A stretch of 64,000 bases of DNA, taken from NCBI GenBank assembly GCA_016188005.1, contig JACPIQ010000008.1:256509-320508 (forward strand), in the 5' to 3' direction. Within the stretch, counting starts at the first letter, position 1. The number at the start of each line of letters is the position of its first letter. A program made the position numbers and the translations under genes. Source of the stretch: Candidatus Rokuibacteriota bacterium (GTDB lineage Bacteria > Methylomirabilota > Methylomirabilia > Rokubacteriales > CSP1-6). The notes below the pieces were generated by a model that was not told the origin of the DNA, made no database searches, and was given only the letters and a program-made list of their open reading frames with translations. Below are positions 28,589 through 41,269 of this stretch, in pieces.

Positions 28589-29625
28589 GCGTGCCCCCGC
28601 TCCAGCTCCGCCAGCCGCTTCTCAACACCGCGGAGCCGGCGCACGAGGTCGGGCAGCATGCGCTCGGCGGCCCAGATGCGCCTGGTCTCGGCGCTGGGAC
28701 GACTTGGCGTCCCGCTCCACACCTCGCCCGCAGGGATGTCGCTCGGCACGCCGGACTGGCCGGTCAGGATTGCGCCGTCTCCGACCGTGACGTGGTCGGC
28801 GATCCCGACCTGGCCCGCGAGAACGGCGCGGCGGCCGATGCGGCAGGAGCCCGAGATCCCCACCTGGGCTACCAGGATCACGTCTTCCCCGACATCGCAG
28901 TTGTGGCCGACCTGGACCAGATTGTCAACCTTGCTCCCGCGCCCGATCACCGTGTCGCCCAGGGTCCCGCGGTCGACGGTGGAGTTGGCGCCGATCTCCA
29001 CGTCGTCCTCGATGCGCACGCCGCCCACCTGAGGAATCTTCTGGTGGCCGGTACCGTCGAAGGCATAGCCGAATCCATCGGCCCCGATCACGGCGCCGGG
29101 GTGGATGATCACGCGGTCGCCCACCTGGACCCCGTCACGGATCACCACTCGCGGGTAGAGGACCACGTCGTCGCCCACGCGCGCGCCGGCTCCCAGGAAG
29201 GCGAGTGCCCCGATCCGGGTCCGGCGGCCCACCCGGGCCCCGGTCTCGACCACCGCGAAGGGGCCCACGGCCGCGCTCGGATCGACCTGCGCCCCCTCTG
29301 CCACCAGCGCCAGCCGATGGATGCCCGGGACATGCGGGGGCTCGGGGTGGAAGAGGCGCAGGAGGGTGATCAGCGCAGCCTGGGCGGAGGCCACTCGGAG
29401 CACCGCCCCGGGAAGACCCGCCGCCTCTGCGGGGGCCACCACCGCGGCCGCCCGGCTCGCCGCGGCCAGCCGCTGGTAGCGTGGACCCACGAGGAACGAC
29501 ACCTCATCGGGGCCGGCGCTCTCCAGCGGGGCCACGCCCCGAACTGCAAGCGCCGGATTGCCCTCCAGGGTGGCGCCGAGCGCCTCGGCGAGCTGACCGA
29601 GCGTGAAGGGGCCGCCCTGAGCCAT
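28585..29625 (-). CDS. lpxD: UDP-3-O-acylglucosamine N-acyltransferase
   Basis: LpxD N-terminal domain plus a left-handed beta-helix (hexapeptide repeats). ATG start abutting the skp TAG. Confidence 0.9.
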   Translation of the reverse strand: MAQGGPFTLGQLAEALGATLEGNPALAVRGVAPLESAGPDEVSFLVGPRYQRLAAASRAAAVVAPAEAAGLPGAVLRVASAQAALITLLRLFHPEPPHVPGIHRLALVAEGAQVDPSAAVGPFAVVETGARVGRRTRIGALAFLGAGARVGDDVVLYPRVVIRDGVQVGDRVIIHPGAVIGADGFGYAFDGTGHQKIPQVGGVRIEDDVEIGANSTVDRGTLGDTVIGRGSKVDNLVQVGHNCDVGEDVILVAQVGISGSCRIGRRAVLAGQVGIADHVTVGDGAILTGQSGVPSDIPAGEVWSGTPSRPSAETRRIWAAERMLPDLVRRLRGVEKRLAELERGHA

Positions 29626-30192
29626 CTACTTCCTGACCTTCCTCGACTCTTCGTCGAAGACGCGGATGATCTCCTCGGTGAGGTCCGCCTCGGGGGCGCC
29701 GTAGATCACCGCCGCGCCCCGCGCGTCGACGATCATGGCGTACCCCTTCTCTTTGCCGAACCGGTGCACTGCCGCCGTGATCTCCCTGAGCACCCTCGCC
29801 GAGAGGTCCTGATCCTTCTTCTGTAGCTCCTTCTGGAGATCGTCCACGAGCCGGCGCACGTCCCGGACCTTGCGCTCGAGCGTGTCCTGCTTCTCCTTGC
29901 GGACCTCCCCGGAGAGGAGCTGCCCCTTCTTCTCCAGCCCGTCGCGGAGCTTCTCGAGCTCTCCGCGGTGGGCGTCCACCTGCTTCTGCATCGCCGCCTT
30001 CTCCCGCTCCAGCTGCTCCCGCGCGGCCACGCCGGCTGACGACCGGGCGAGCACGCGCTGCACGTCCACGAAGGCCACGCGCGCGGCCGGCGCGGACTGC
30101 GCGAGCCCGGGAGTCGCGCCCCACCACGCGCCAGCAAGCCAGCCCCCCGTCAGCACCCAGAGCGGCAGGAAACCCTTCAAGACCGTGCGCAT
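29626..30192 (-). CDS. skp: periplasmic chaperone Skp/OmpH
   Basis: 188 aa with a signal peptide and a long coiled-coil, Lys/Glu/Arg-rich body. Canonical bamA-skp-lpxD order. Confidence 0.8.
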   Translation of the reverse strand: MRTVLKGFLPLWVLTGGWLAGAWWGATPGLAQSAPAARVAFVDVQRVLARSSAGVAAREQLEREKAAMQKQVDAHRGELEKLRDGLEKKGQLLSGEVRKEKQDTLERKVRDVRRLVDDLQKELQKKDQDLSARVLREITAAVHRFGKEKGYAMIVDARGAAVIYGAPEADLTEEIIRVFDEESRKVRK

Positions 30193-30210
30193 CTGCTCAC
30201 TCCTCCCTGC

Positions 30211-32490
30211 TCAGAACGGTGAGCCCACCGAGAAGTGGAACTGGCCGAACTTCTCCCCGGTTCGCCGATCGAGATTGACGCCATAGTCCACCCTGAGGGG
30301 TCCGAAGGGCGATGCCCACCGGAGGCCGAGGCCCGCCGCATGGCGCAGGTCCAGCGCGTCGAACTTGTCCCCCGCGGCGATGTCGGGACCCCAGACGTTG
30401 CCGACGTCGTAGAAGAGGGCGGCCCGGACGTTGAAGGGGAGCGGGACGAGGTACTCCACGTTCCCGAGGAGCTGGCTGTTGCCGCCGATCCTGGTCCCAC
30501 TGCTGTCCTCCGGGGAGATCGCGCGGCTCTTCCGGCTTCGGATGGAATTGGGGCCGCCCAGGTAGAACCGCTCGAAGAGGGGCACCGGCTCGTCTGACCA
30601 CCCGAAGGCGTAGCCCCCCTGGAGCCGCCCGCTCAGGACGTGATCGAGCCACAGCGAACGGAAGTAGGCGGTGCTGGCGGCGGCCCGCACGAACTTGCTG
30701 TCGCCGAAGCCGACTCCTGCGAAGTCCAGCCCGATGCTCGAGGCGCCGCCTCGCGTGGGCTCGAACACGCTGTCGCGCGTGTCCCGGGAAAGGCTCCCGC
30801 CGACGAGCGAGGTGAGGCGCTTGCCTTCCTCGCTGAGCAGGTTCGTGCTGGCATTGCCCGCGATGTCGGAGATCTCATCCTCGGTGACGCGGTAGACGAA
30901 GCCCCACCGCGAGTAGTCGCCCAGCGGATGGCCGAGCCGGATGTCGCCCCCGAGCGAGTTGATCGTGTACTCGGGGTAGACGCGGCGGTTGTTGAACAGG
31001 TCGAAGCCGGCGGCCAGCGGCCTGTCGAAGAGCCACGGCTCGGTGAAGCCGATCGTGCCCTGCTGGGTGCTGGCGCCGGCGCGCAATCGCAGGAACACCT
31101 CCCAGCCACGTCCGAGGAAGTTGCGCTGCGACAGATCCACGGTGCCGATGAAGCTGTCCTGGGAGCTGTAGCCGCCACCGATGGAGAAGAGCCCCGTGGG
31201 CTTCTCCGTGACCTCGATGTTGACGACGATCTTGTCCTTTGTCGCGCCCGGCGCCGTGGTCGTCTTGACCTGGTCGAAGTACCCGAGGTTGTTCAGCTTT
31301 TGCCGGGCCCGCTCCAGGGCCTTCGTCGTGAAGAGATCCCCCTCCTGCATCGGGATCTCGCGCCGAAGGATCTTCTCCTCGCTGCGGACGTTGCCCGAGA
31401 TGTTGATCCGCTCCACGAACACCTCGGGCCCCTCGGCGATCTCGAAGGCGATGTTCACCCGCCGTGTCGCCGCGTCCTGGGTCGCCGTGGGATTCACGTC
31501 GGCCGACGCGCGGCCGATGACGCCGTACAGGTCCTGGATGCCCTTGACGCTCTCGCGGAGCTTCGACCGGGAGAAGACCTCGTTGGTCTGGAGCTTGATG
31601 CGCCGCCGGATCTCCTCGGTCGGCAGGACGTTGTTCCCGGTCACGTCCACGCCGCCGACCCTGAACTGCGGTCCCTCCACCACCACGATGCGCACGGTCA
31701 CCCGGGCCCTGGCCCTGTCCAGCTCGGTCGCCGACGACTCGACGCGCGCCTGGGTGTAGCCGTGGTCGTTGTAGAGGGCGACGATGCGGTCGGCGTCGTC
31801 GTCGAGCTTCTGGCGCTGGACGGTGCCGCGGAGGATCCAGAACTGCCGCTCCTGGGTCGCCATGACGGCCTTGATCTGTTTCGGCTTGAGCCCGTGGGCC
31901 CCCTCGATCACGATCTCGTCGATGGTGATCTTGCGGCCCTCGGCGATCCGGAAGACCACCGTCACGTCGCCGTCGGGGAGCTTCTCGGCATCGGGACCGA
32001 TGCTGACCTCGAAGTACCCCTCCTCCTCGTAGTGCTCCTTCAGCCGCTCGGTCGCCCGGTTGACCTCCACCGGGTTGTAGACGCTGCCGAGCTTCAGGTC
32101 GATCTTCTCCTGCAGCGCGGTGGTGTCCACCTTCTTGTTGCCCACGAACTGGATGTCGCGCACGAAGGGGCGCTCGACCACGACGAAAGTCACCTTCACG
32201 CCGCCCTCGAAATCCTCGACTCGCATCTGCACGTCGTCGAAGAAGCCCAGCGCGAAGACCGCCCGGATGTCCTCGGCGAGCCTGGCCGGCTGGAACTCCC
32301 CCCCCACTCGCGTCGTCACGCGCCCCAGGACGACGGCCTCCTGGACGCGGCGGTTTCCCTGCACCGCGAGCTCCTTCACGACGATGGGCCGCGGGGCGCG
32401 GGGCGGCGCCTGCTGGGCCGCGGCCGGACTCGGGCCCAGGAGCGCGGAGACAAAAAAAATGGAGAGAATCACTCTCTCCAGGGCGGTCAT
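30211..32490 (-). CDS. bamA: outer membrane protein assembly factor BamA (Omp85)
   Basis: MTALERVILSIFFVSALLGPSPAAAQQ signal peptide, POTRA repeats, and a C-terminal 16-strand barrel ending ...HFSVGSPF. Trimmed to the ATG at 32490. Confidence 0.9.
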   Translation of the reverse strand: MTALERVILSIFFVSALLGPSPAAAQQAPPRAPRPIVVKELAVQGNRRVQEAVVLGRVTTRVGGEFQPARLAEDIRAVFALGFFDDVQMRVEDFEGGVKVTFVVVERPFVRDIQFVGNKKVDTTALQEKIDLKLGSVYNPVEVNRATERLKEHYEEEGYFEVSIGPDAEKLPDGDVTVVFRIAEGRKITIDEIVIEGAHGLKPKQIKAVMATQERQFWILRGTVQRQKLDDDADRIVALYNDHGYTQARVESSATELDRARARVTVRIVVVEGPQFRVGGVDVTGNNVLPTEEIRRRIKLQTNEVFSRSKLRESVKGIQDLYGVIGRASADVNPTATQDAATRRVNIAFEIAEGPEVFVERINISGNVRSEEKILRREIPMQEGDLFTTKALERARQKLNNLGYFDQVKTTTAPGATKDKIVVNIEVTEKPTGLFSIGGGYSSQDSFIGTVDLSQRNFLGRGWEVFLRLRAGASTQQGTIGFTEPWLFDRPLAAGFDLFNNRRVYPEYTINSLGGDIRLGHPLGDYSRWGFVYRVTEDEISDIAGNASTNLLSEEGKRLTSLVGGSLSRDTRDSVFEPTRGGASSIGLDFAGVGFGDSKFVRAAASTAYFRSLWLDHVLSGRLQGGYAFGWSDEPVPLFERFYLGGPNSIRSRKSRAISPEDSSGTRIGGNSQLLGNVEYLVPLPFNVRAALFYDVGNVWGPDIAAGDKFDALDLRHAAGLGLRWASPFGPLRVDYGVNLDRRTGEKFGQFHFSVGSPF

Positions 32491-32533
32491 GAGGCCGATC
32501 GTCCTGTCGTGTGGCGAGGCAGCGTCCGGCCGC

Positions 32534-34981
<2,448 letters not shown>

Positions 34982-35122
34982 TTGGGGCCCTCGCTTCCGG
35001 GATCGGTTAGCGCTCGACCGCTACCATGTAAGCCATCCCAAAGTATAACGCCCTGCCCTGTCCCCTCATAGGGTTTTCTTCCCTAGCGGCCGTCCCCGGC
35101 GCGCCCGGGCGGCTCGCAGCGC

Positions 35123-35806
35123 TCACGGCCAGGCCACCGCGCGGCCGTCCACCAGCCGGTAGCCACGGTCCGCCTTGCGGGCCAGGTCGTGGTTGTGCGT
35201 CGCGATGACGAAGCTGAGCCCGTGCTCGGCCTGAAGCCGCAGGAAGAGATCCCAGATGACCTCGCTCGTCTTCGGATCCAGGTTCCCCGTGGGCTCGTCG
35301 GCCAGGATGAGGCGCGGTGCCCCGACGAGCGCGCGCGCGATCGCCACCCGCTGCTGCTCGCCGCCGGACAGCTCCCCGGGCCGGTGGGCGAGGCGGTCCG
35401 AAAGGCCGACCTCGGCGAGCGCCGCCGCGGCCCGCGCGCGCGCCTCGCTCCACGACGCCCGCTGGAGCAGTGCCGGCATCATGGCGTTCTCGAGCGCCGT
35501 CATCTCCCCGAGGAGATTGTAGAACTGGAAGACGTAGCCGACCCCCGTCCGCCGCAGCCGCGCCAGCGCGCTCTCCGAGCGCGAGAAGACATCCTCGCCG
35601 GCGAAGAGCACGCGCCCGCCCGAGGGCCGGTCCAGCGCGCCGATGAGGTGCAGGAGCGTGGACTTGCCGACGCCGGAGGCACCGACCACCGCCACACTCT
35701 CTCCCGGGCCCACGGTGAGGGTTACGCCCCGCAGCACCCGGATCACCTCTGGACCCACCCGGTACTCCTTCTCCAGCTCCTCGGCGACGAGCAGCGGCTC
35801 ACTCAT
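35123..35806 (-). CDS. lolD: lipoprotein-releasing system ATP-binding protein
   Basis: ABC ATPase with Walker [10 protein letters not shown], signature [15 protein letters not shown], and LolD-family length. Confidence 0.85.
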   Translation of the reverse strand: MSEPLLVAEELEKEYRVGPEVIRVLRGVTLTVGPGESVAVVGASGVGKSTLLHLIGALDRPSGGRVLFAGEDVFSRSESALARLRRTGVGYVFQFYNLLGEMTALENAMMPALLQRASWSEARARAAAALAEVGLSDRLAHRPGELSGGEQQRVAIARALVGAPRLILADEPTGNLDPKTSEVIWDLFLRLQAEHGLSFVIATHNHDLARKADRGYRLVDGRAVAWP

Positions 35807-37043
35807 AGCGCAGCACGTCCACGGGATGGAGCCCGGCGGCCCGCCGCGCGGGGGACAGCGTCGCCAGGAAGGAGATCACGATCGTGGCGGCGACGACCAG
35901 CGCGAAGTCGGTCCCGGTGAGCTTCATGGGCAGGTGGTCGATCTGGTACACGTCGCCGGCGAACCGGATGATCTTGTAGGTGTTCTGCACCCAGATGAGC
36001 AGCAGCCCGAAAGCGCTGCCCGCCACGGTGCCGATGAGCCCGATGAGCATCCCGGCCGCCAGGAACACCGCGGCGATGCTGCCGGAGGTGGCACCCATCG
36101 CCTTGAGGATGCCGATCTCCTTCCGCTTGTCCGCCACCAGGAGCACCAGGTGGCCGATGATGGCGAAGCCCGCCACCAGGACGATGATGGTCGCGATGAC
36201 GAAGAGCGCGAGCTTCTCGAGCTGGAGCGCGGCGAAGAGATTGCGGTTCATGTCCATCCAGTCGCGGATCCAGAAGGGCCCTCCCGCCGCCTGCGCGATC
36301 CGGCGGCCCACGGCCCGGGCCTCCCACGGGTCGTCCAGCTTCACCTCGACGCCGGTGACGCGGTCTCCGAGGCCGGCGAACTCCTGCGCGGCGGCGAGGG
36401 TCGTGTAGGCCAGCGAGGCGTCGTACTCGTACATGCCCACCTCGATGGCCCCCGCGACGCGGAAGCGCCGCATCTTGGGCACGAGCCCCACGGCGGTCAT
36501 GGCCCCCTGGGGTGAGATCACGGTGACGTGATCCCCGGGGACGACGCCCAGCGTCCGCGCCAGCTCGCGCCCCAGCAGGAGCGCCGGCTCGTGGTCCGAG
36601 AGCAGCGGCTCGAGGCTGCCGAGCCTCAGCTGGGCGGCGATGGCCTCCCGCACCGATGGCGCGGCGAGGTCCACGCCCCTCAGCAGCCCACCCGTGGCCC
36701 CACCGCCTTGCGCGGTGTAGAGCGCCTGCTGGAGGACGAACGGCGTGGCGGCCCTCACGCCCTTGACGGCCCGCGCGCGCTCGGCCACCGCTGCCCCATC
36801 GGCGAGGCCGCGTCCCCCGCCCTCGACGATGAGGACGTGTGGGTTGGCGGAGATGATCTTCTCGCGGATGCCGTCCTGGAACCCCGTCATGGTGGCGAGC
36901 ACGACGATGAGGGCGCTGACCCCGAGGAAGACGCCGCCGATGCCGATCCAGACGAAGAGGGAGAGCCCGCGGAGCTGCCCGCGGGCACGGAGGTACTTGA
37001 GGGCCAGGAACACCTCGAAGGGGAGCCCGCGCCCGGGTGTCAC
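35799..37043 (-). CDS. lipoprotein-release ABC permease (single LolC/LolE-type, LolF-like)
   Basis: FtsX-like permease with four TM segments, a large periplasmic loop, and a MacB_PCD-like domain. GTG start overlapping the lysS TGA. It is the only permease adjacent to lolD. Confidence 0.8.
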   Translation of the reverse strand: MTPGRGLPFEVFLALKYLRARGQLRGLSLFVWIGIGGVFLGVSALIVVLATMTGFQDGIREKIISANPHVLIVEGGGRGLADGAAVAERARAVKGVRAATPFVLQQALYTAQGGGATGGLLRGVDLAAPSVREAIAAQLRLGSLEPLLSDHEPALLLGRELARTLGVVPGDHVTVISPQGAMTAVGLVPKMRRFRVAGAIEVGMYEYDASLAYTTLAAAQEFAGLGDRVTGVEVKLDDPWEARAVGRRIAQAAGGPFWIRDWMDMNRNLFAALQLEKLALFVIATIIVLVAGFAIIGHLVLLVADKRKEIGILKAMGATSGSIAAVFLAAGMLIGLIGTVAGSAFGLLLIWVQNTYKIIRFAGDVYQIDHLPMKLTGTDFALVVAATIVISFLATLSPARRAAGLHPVDVLRYE

Positions 37044-38596
37044 GAGGCCCCTTCCCCGGCGCCCGGTTCCCCCGGGGACGGCTCCCGGTGCTCAGGCCGG
37101 AGCTGCGGGAAGAAGATCACATCGCGGATGGACGGCGAGTCGGTGAGGAGCATGGCGAGCCGGTCGATGCCGATCCCCTCGCCTGCCGTGGGCGGCATGC
37201 CGTACTCGAGCGCTCGGAGGAAGTCCTCGTCCAGCCAGTGGGCCTCCTCGTCGCCGCGCTCGCGCTCCCGCGCCTGCTCCTCGAAGCGCCGGCGCTGGTC
37301 GATGGGGTCGTTGAGCTCGGAGTAGGCGTTGGCGATCTCCCGCCGGCAGATGAACAGCTCGAAGCGGTCCACCAATCGCGGGTTGTCCCGCTTCCTCCGC
37401 GAGAGGGGGGACAACTCGATGGGGAAGTCGGTCACGAACGTAGGCTCGACGAGCCGCGGCTCCACGAGCGTGTCGAAGACGTCCTTCCAGAGCGCCCCGG
37501 CGTCGTCAGGCTTGCCCACCGGCACGCCCGCCGCCGCGGCCGCGGCCTGGAGCGCCGGGGCCTCCGTCTCGGGCCCCACCGGCGTGCCGAGCCCCTCCGA
37601 GAGCGCCTGGAAGAACGGCAGCCGCCGCCACGGGGGCATCAGGCTCACCGATTCGCCCTGGTAGCGGATGTCGGTCCGGCCGAGGAGGCTCTGGGCGAGT
37701 TCCCGGAACATCTCCTCGGTGAGCTCCATCAGGTCATTGTAGTCGGCGTAGGCCTGGTAGAACTCCAGCATCGTGAACTCGGGGTTGTGCTGGGTCGAGA
37801 TCCCCTCGTTCCTGAAGTTGCGGTTGATCTCGTACACGCGCTCGAGCCCTCCCACCACGAGTCGCTTGAGGTACAGCTCCGGCGCGATGCGCAGGAAGAG
37901 CGGCATGTCCAGCGCGTTGTGGTGGGTCTGGAAGGGCCTTGCGGCGGCGCCACCCGGGATCGACTGCATCATCGGCGTCTCCACCTCGAGGAAGCCGCGC
38001 GCGTCGAGGAAGGCCCGGAACGCCTGGATGAGCCGGCTCTTCACGACGAAGGCCTCGCGCACCCTGGGGTTGACCACCAGGTCCACGTAGCGCTGCCGGT
38101 ACCGCGTCTCCACGTCCTTGAGCCCGTGCCACTTCTCCGGCAGGGGGCGCAGCGACTTGGACAGGAACTCGAACTCCTTGACCGCCACCGTCAGCTCCCC
38201 CGTCCGGGTGCGGAACAGCTCCCCGGTGACCCCCGCGAAGTCGCCGATGTCGAGATCCGTGAAGAGCGTGTACCGGTCGCCCAGCCCGTCGGCGCGCGCG
38301 TAGAGCTGGATGGCTCCGGACTGGTCGCGGAGGTGGGCGAAGCACGTCTTGCCGTGGTGACGGAGTGCCATCACACGGCCGGCCAGGCTCACCGCGCCCG
38401 CGCTCTTCAGCTCGTCCTCGGCGGCGTCCGTGAGCCGGGTGGCGAGGTCCCCGGCCCAGTGGGTCACCGGAAAGCGCCCGCCGAAGGGATCCACCCCTCG
38501 CGCGCGCAGCGACTCGAGCTTGGCCAGACGCCGGCGGACCAGCTCGTTGACGTCGGCGGGCAGTCCCGGGTCTCCGGGGGGCGGCGGCGGGGTCAT
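37040..38596 (-). CDS. lysS: lysyl-tRNA synthetase (class II)
   Basis: ...anticodon-binding OB fold plus class II core ending [27 protein letters not shown]. Conserved prfB-lysS pairing. Confidence 0.9.
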   Translation of the reverse strand: MTPPPPPGDPGLPADVNELVRRRLAKLESLRARGVDPFGGRFPVTHWAGDLATRLTDAAEDELKSAGAVSLAGRVMALRHHGKTCFAHLRDQSGAIQLYARADGLGDRYTLFTDLDIGDFAGVTGELFRTRTGELTVAVKEFEFLSKSLRPLPEKWHGLKDVETRYRQRYVDLVVNPRVREAFVVKSRLIQAFRAFLDARGFLEVETPMMQSIPGGAAARPFQTHHNALDMPLFLRIAPELYLKRLVVGGLERVYEINRNFRNEGISTQHNPEFTMLEFYQAYADYNDLMELTEEMFRELAQSLLGRTDIRYQGESVSLMPPWRRLPFFQALSEGLGTPVGPETEAPALQAAAAAAGVPVGKPDDAGALWKDVFDTLVEPRLVEPTFVTDFPIELSPLSRRKRDNPRLVDRFELFICRREIANAYSELNDPIDQRRRFEEQARERERGDEEAHWLDEDFLRALEYGMPPTAGEGIGIDRLAMLLTDSPSIRDVIFFPQLRPEHREPSPGEPGAGEGAS

Positions 38597-38602
38597 GGCG
38601 GG

Positions 38603-39701
38603 CTACGCGGACCTCGCGGAGGCCAGGTAGGCGCGGATGAACGGGTCCAGGTCGCCGTCCATGACCGCCTCGACGTTGCCCACCTCGGCCCCCGTCCGGT
38701 GATCCTTGATGACCTGGTACGGGTGGAAGGTGTAGGTGCGGATCTGGCTGCCGAAGGCGATTCCCTTCTTCTCCCCCGTGAGCTCGGCGAGCTCCTCCCG
38801 CTGCCGCTTCTCGTACATCTGGAACAGCCTCGACTTGAGAATCCGGAGCGCGGTGTCGCGGTTCCTGAGCTGCGAGCGCTCGTTCTGGCAGGCCACCACG
38901 ATCCCCGTCGGCAGGTGCGTGATGCGCACCGCCGAGTCGGCCGTGTTCACGCCCTGCCCCCCCGGGCCCGAGGAGCGGTAGACGTCCACGCGCAGCTCCT
39001 CGTCCCGGATGACCACCTCGACGTCTTCCACCTCGGGAATCGCCGCCACGGAGGCGAAGGAGGTGTGCCGGCGCTTGGAGGCGTCGAAGGGCGAGATGCG
39101 GATGAGGCGGTGGACGCCGATCTCCCCCTTCAAGTAGCCGTAGGCGTATTCGCCGGTCACGGTGATGGTGGCCGACTTGATCCCCGCCTCCTCGCCCGGG
39201 AGCAGGTCCACCACCTCCGCCTTCAAGCCGGCTCGCTCCGCCCAGCGCAGGTACATGCGCATGAGCATCTGCGCCCAGTCCTGTGACTCGGTCCCGCCCG
39301 CCCCGGGGTGGATCGAGAGGATGGCGTTCTTCCTGTCCTGGGGGCCCGAGAGCACGATCCGCAGCTCGAAGGCCTCGATGTCGGCTGTGACCCGCCCGAT
39401 GCTCTGGGCGATCTCGGCGGCCAGGCTCTCGTCTCCCGCCTCGTTGGCCATCTCCCAGAAGAGGCGCACTTCCCCGGCCTGGGTGGCGAGCTCCTGGATC
39501 CGCGTCACGGTCCGTGACAGCTCGGCGCGTTCCTGGACGAGGCCCTGGGCTTTACGGCTGTCGTCCCAGAACGCCGCCTTCGACATCTCGGTGTCGATCA
39601 GCGCCAGGCGGGCTTCCTTGGTCGGCAGGTCAAAGATGACCTCGGAGATCGTCCAGGCGCCTGTCCATGTCGGCCAGGTCCCGCTTCAGCTCGCTCAGCA
39701 C
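38603..39701 (-). CDS. prfB: peptide chain release factor 2, encoded with a programmed +1 frameshift (frame-0 ORF1 39701..39633, then +1 into 39631..38603)
   Basis: SPF and GGQ motifs lie in the 327-aa track ORF. Upstream in another frame the sequence ...CGA GGU CAU CUU UGA CCU... encodes VLSELKRDLADMDRRLDDLRGHL, then the stop, then DLPTKEARL..., which aligns with E. coli RF2 LRGYL/DYDAKKERL. A GGAGG precedes the GTG at 39701. Confidence 0.85.
39629..39635 (-). promoter_or_regulatory. prfB: RF2 autoregulatory +1 frameshift heptamer CUU UGA C
   Basis: On the minus strand, CTT at 39635..39633, TGA at 39632..39630 and C at 39629. The in-frame TGA terminates the 122-aa track ORF, and the +1 frame continues as the 327-aa RF2 ORF. 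Confidence 0.8.
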
Positions 39702-41269
39702 GAGGGGGTCGACCTCCGTAAGAGTGAATGTCCCAGCGCACCCGCCGCTAGCGCCAGACAGGCGAGCGCGAACCAGTCGCCGAATCGGGTGTAGGCGGTG
39801 GCGGCCCGGCGGAGCGGGACGCGATCCACCAGCACTCCGCGCTCGAGGAGTGGGAGCCGCCTCGTGACCCGGCCGGACGGCGCGATGAACGCCGACACCC
39901 CGGTGTTCGCCGCCCGCGCGATGGCCACACGGTTCTCCACCGCCCGGAGAGGCAGCATCCCCAGGTGCTGCCACGGACCGCTCGTCTCCCCGAACCACGC
40001 GTCGTTGGTGATGTTCACCATGAAGGCGGCGCCTTCCGCCACGAGCCCCCGGAAGAGCTCCGGGAAGATCACCTCGTAGCAGATCACCACCCCGAACGGC
40101 GCGCCCGGGAGCGGGAAGAGCGTCTTCTCCTGCCCCGCTGCGAAGTCCGAGATGAACTCGGCCCAGCTCCGGATGAACCCGATCAGCCCCGACAGCGGCA
40201 CGTACTCGCCGAAGGGGACGAGATGAATCTTATCATACTTGGCCCTGATGCCCCGTCCGTCCAAGAAAAACGCGCTGTTGAGGAACTTCCCCTGCGGCCC
40301 ATCCAGCCTGTCGATGGAGCCCACCAGGAGGGCCGACCCGACCTCGGCCGAGAGCGCCGAAAGCCGCGAGCGCAGCGCGGGGTCACCCCGGAGGAAGATC
40401 GTGGCCGCCGTCTCCGGCCAGAGGACGATCGAGGGGGGAGCGGAGGGGCTGGCCCCCGCGGGCCTGGCAGCCTCCCGGGTCAGCTGCTCGTAGACGCTCA
40501 TGATCTCGGCATGGCGACGCGGGTCCCACTTCAGGGTCTGCTCGATGGAGGGCTGGATGAGGCCCACGAGCACGGACGGGGTCGCGCTCGTCGCTGCCGC
40601 TCCGTGGGGCCGGAGCGCGCTCCAGCCGAAGCCAAGGGCGCCGCCCAGCAAGGCCAGCGTGACGAGCGCGCCGGGCAGCGCCCGGCGCCAGCCCAGCCCC
40701 ACCACTGCTGCCAGCGCCGCGTTCACCGCGAGGAGCAGGAAGGACACCCCGTACACCCCCGTGAATTCGGCGATCTGGATCACGGGGAGCACGGCATGCT
40801 GCGAGTAGCCCGCGAGACCCCACGGGAAGCCGTCCATCAGGTGGCCCCGGATCCACTCCCCCCCGACCCAGAGGGCAGGCGCCATCGCCACCGCCCATCC
40901 GGCGCCGACCCGCGCGCGCAGCCGCGCCACTGCGGCGCAGACCAGGCCCGCATACAGGCCGCAGTAGGCCGCCAGCGCGAGGATCGGCAACCAGGTGATG
41001 GGCCACGGGATGGCGCTGTAGTTGCGGAAGGTGTGGTCGAGCCACCGCAGGAGCACGACGAAGAAGACCGTGCCTTGCAGCCAGCCGTCGGCCAGCGCGG
41101 CGCGCGGCGGGCGGGCCAGCGCACAGGCCAGGGCGGGGGCGATCCATACCCAGCCGAAGAGCCACCAGTCCGCCGTGGGAAAGGCCAGCGCGCCGACGAC
41201 ACCCGCGGTCAGGAGAAGCGGGAGACGCAGTCCCGCGCGGGAGAGCAGAGCCAGCCGGTCAGGATCCAC
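39695..41269 (-). CDS. lnt: apolipoprotein N-acyltransferase
   Basis: Eight-TM N-terminal domain plus a CN-hydrolase domain (...CYEVIFPELFR...). GTG start. Confidence 0.85.
   Translation of the reverse strand: MDPDRLALLSRAGLRLPLLLTAGVVGALAFPTADWWLFGWVWIAPALACALARPPRAALADGWLQGTVFFVVLLRWLDHTFRNYSAIPWPITWLPILALAAYCGLYAGLVCAAVARLRARVGAGWAVAMAPALWVGGEWIRGHLMDGFPWGLAGYSQHAVLPVIQIAEFTGVYGVSFLLLAVNAALAAVVGLGWRRALPGALVTLALLGGALGFGWSALRPHGAAATSATPSVLVGLIQPSIEQTLKWDPRRHAEIMSVYEQLTREAARPAGASPSAPPSIVLWPETAATIFLRGDPALRSRLSALSAEVGSALLVGSIDRLDGPQGKFLNSAFFLDGRGIRAKYDKIHLVPFGEYVPLSGLIGFIRSWAEFISDFAAGQEKTLFPLPGAPFGVVICYEVIFPELFRGLVAEGAAFMVNITNDAWFGETSGPWQHLGMLPLRAVENRVAIARAANTGVSAFIAPSGRVTRRLPLLERGVLVDRVPLRRAATAYTRFGDWFALACLALAAGALGHSLLRRSTPSC

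Noticed and set aside
34982-35122. Full HrcA CIRCE element upstream of clpC
   Set aside because: Only one half-site (GAGCGCTAA/TTAGCGCTC) is present. The partner half at N9 spacing is absent.
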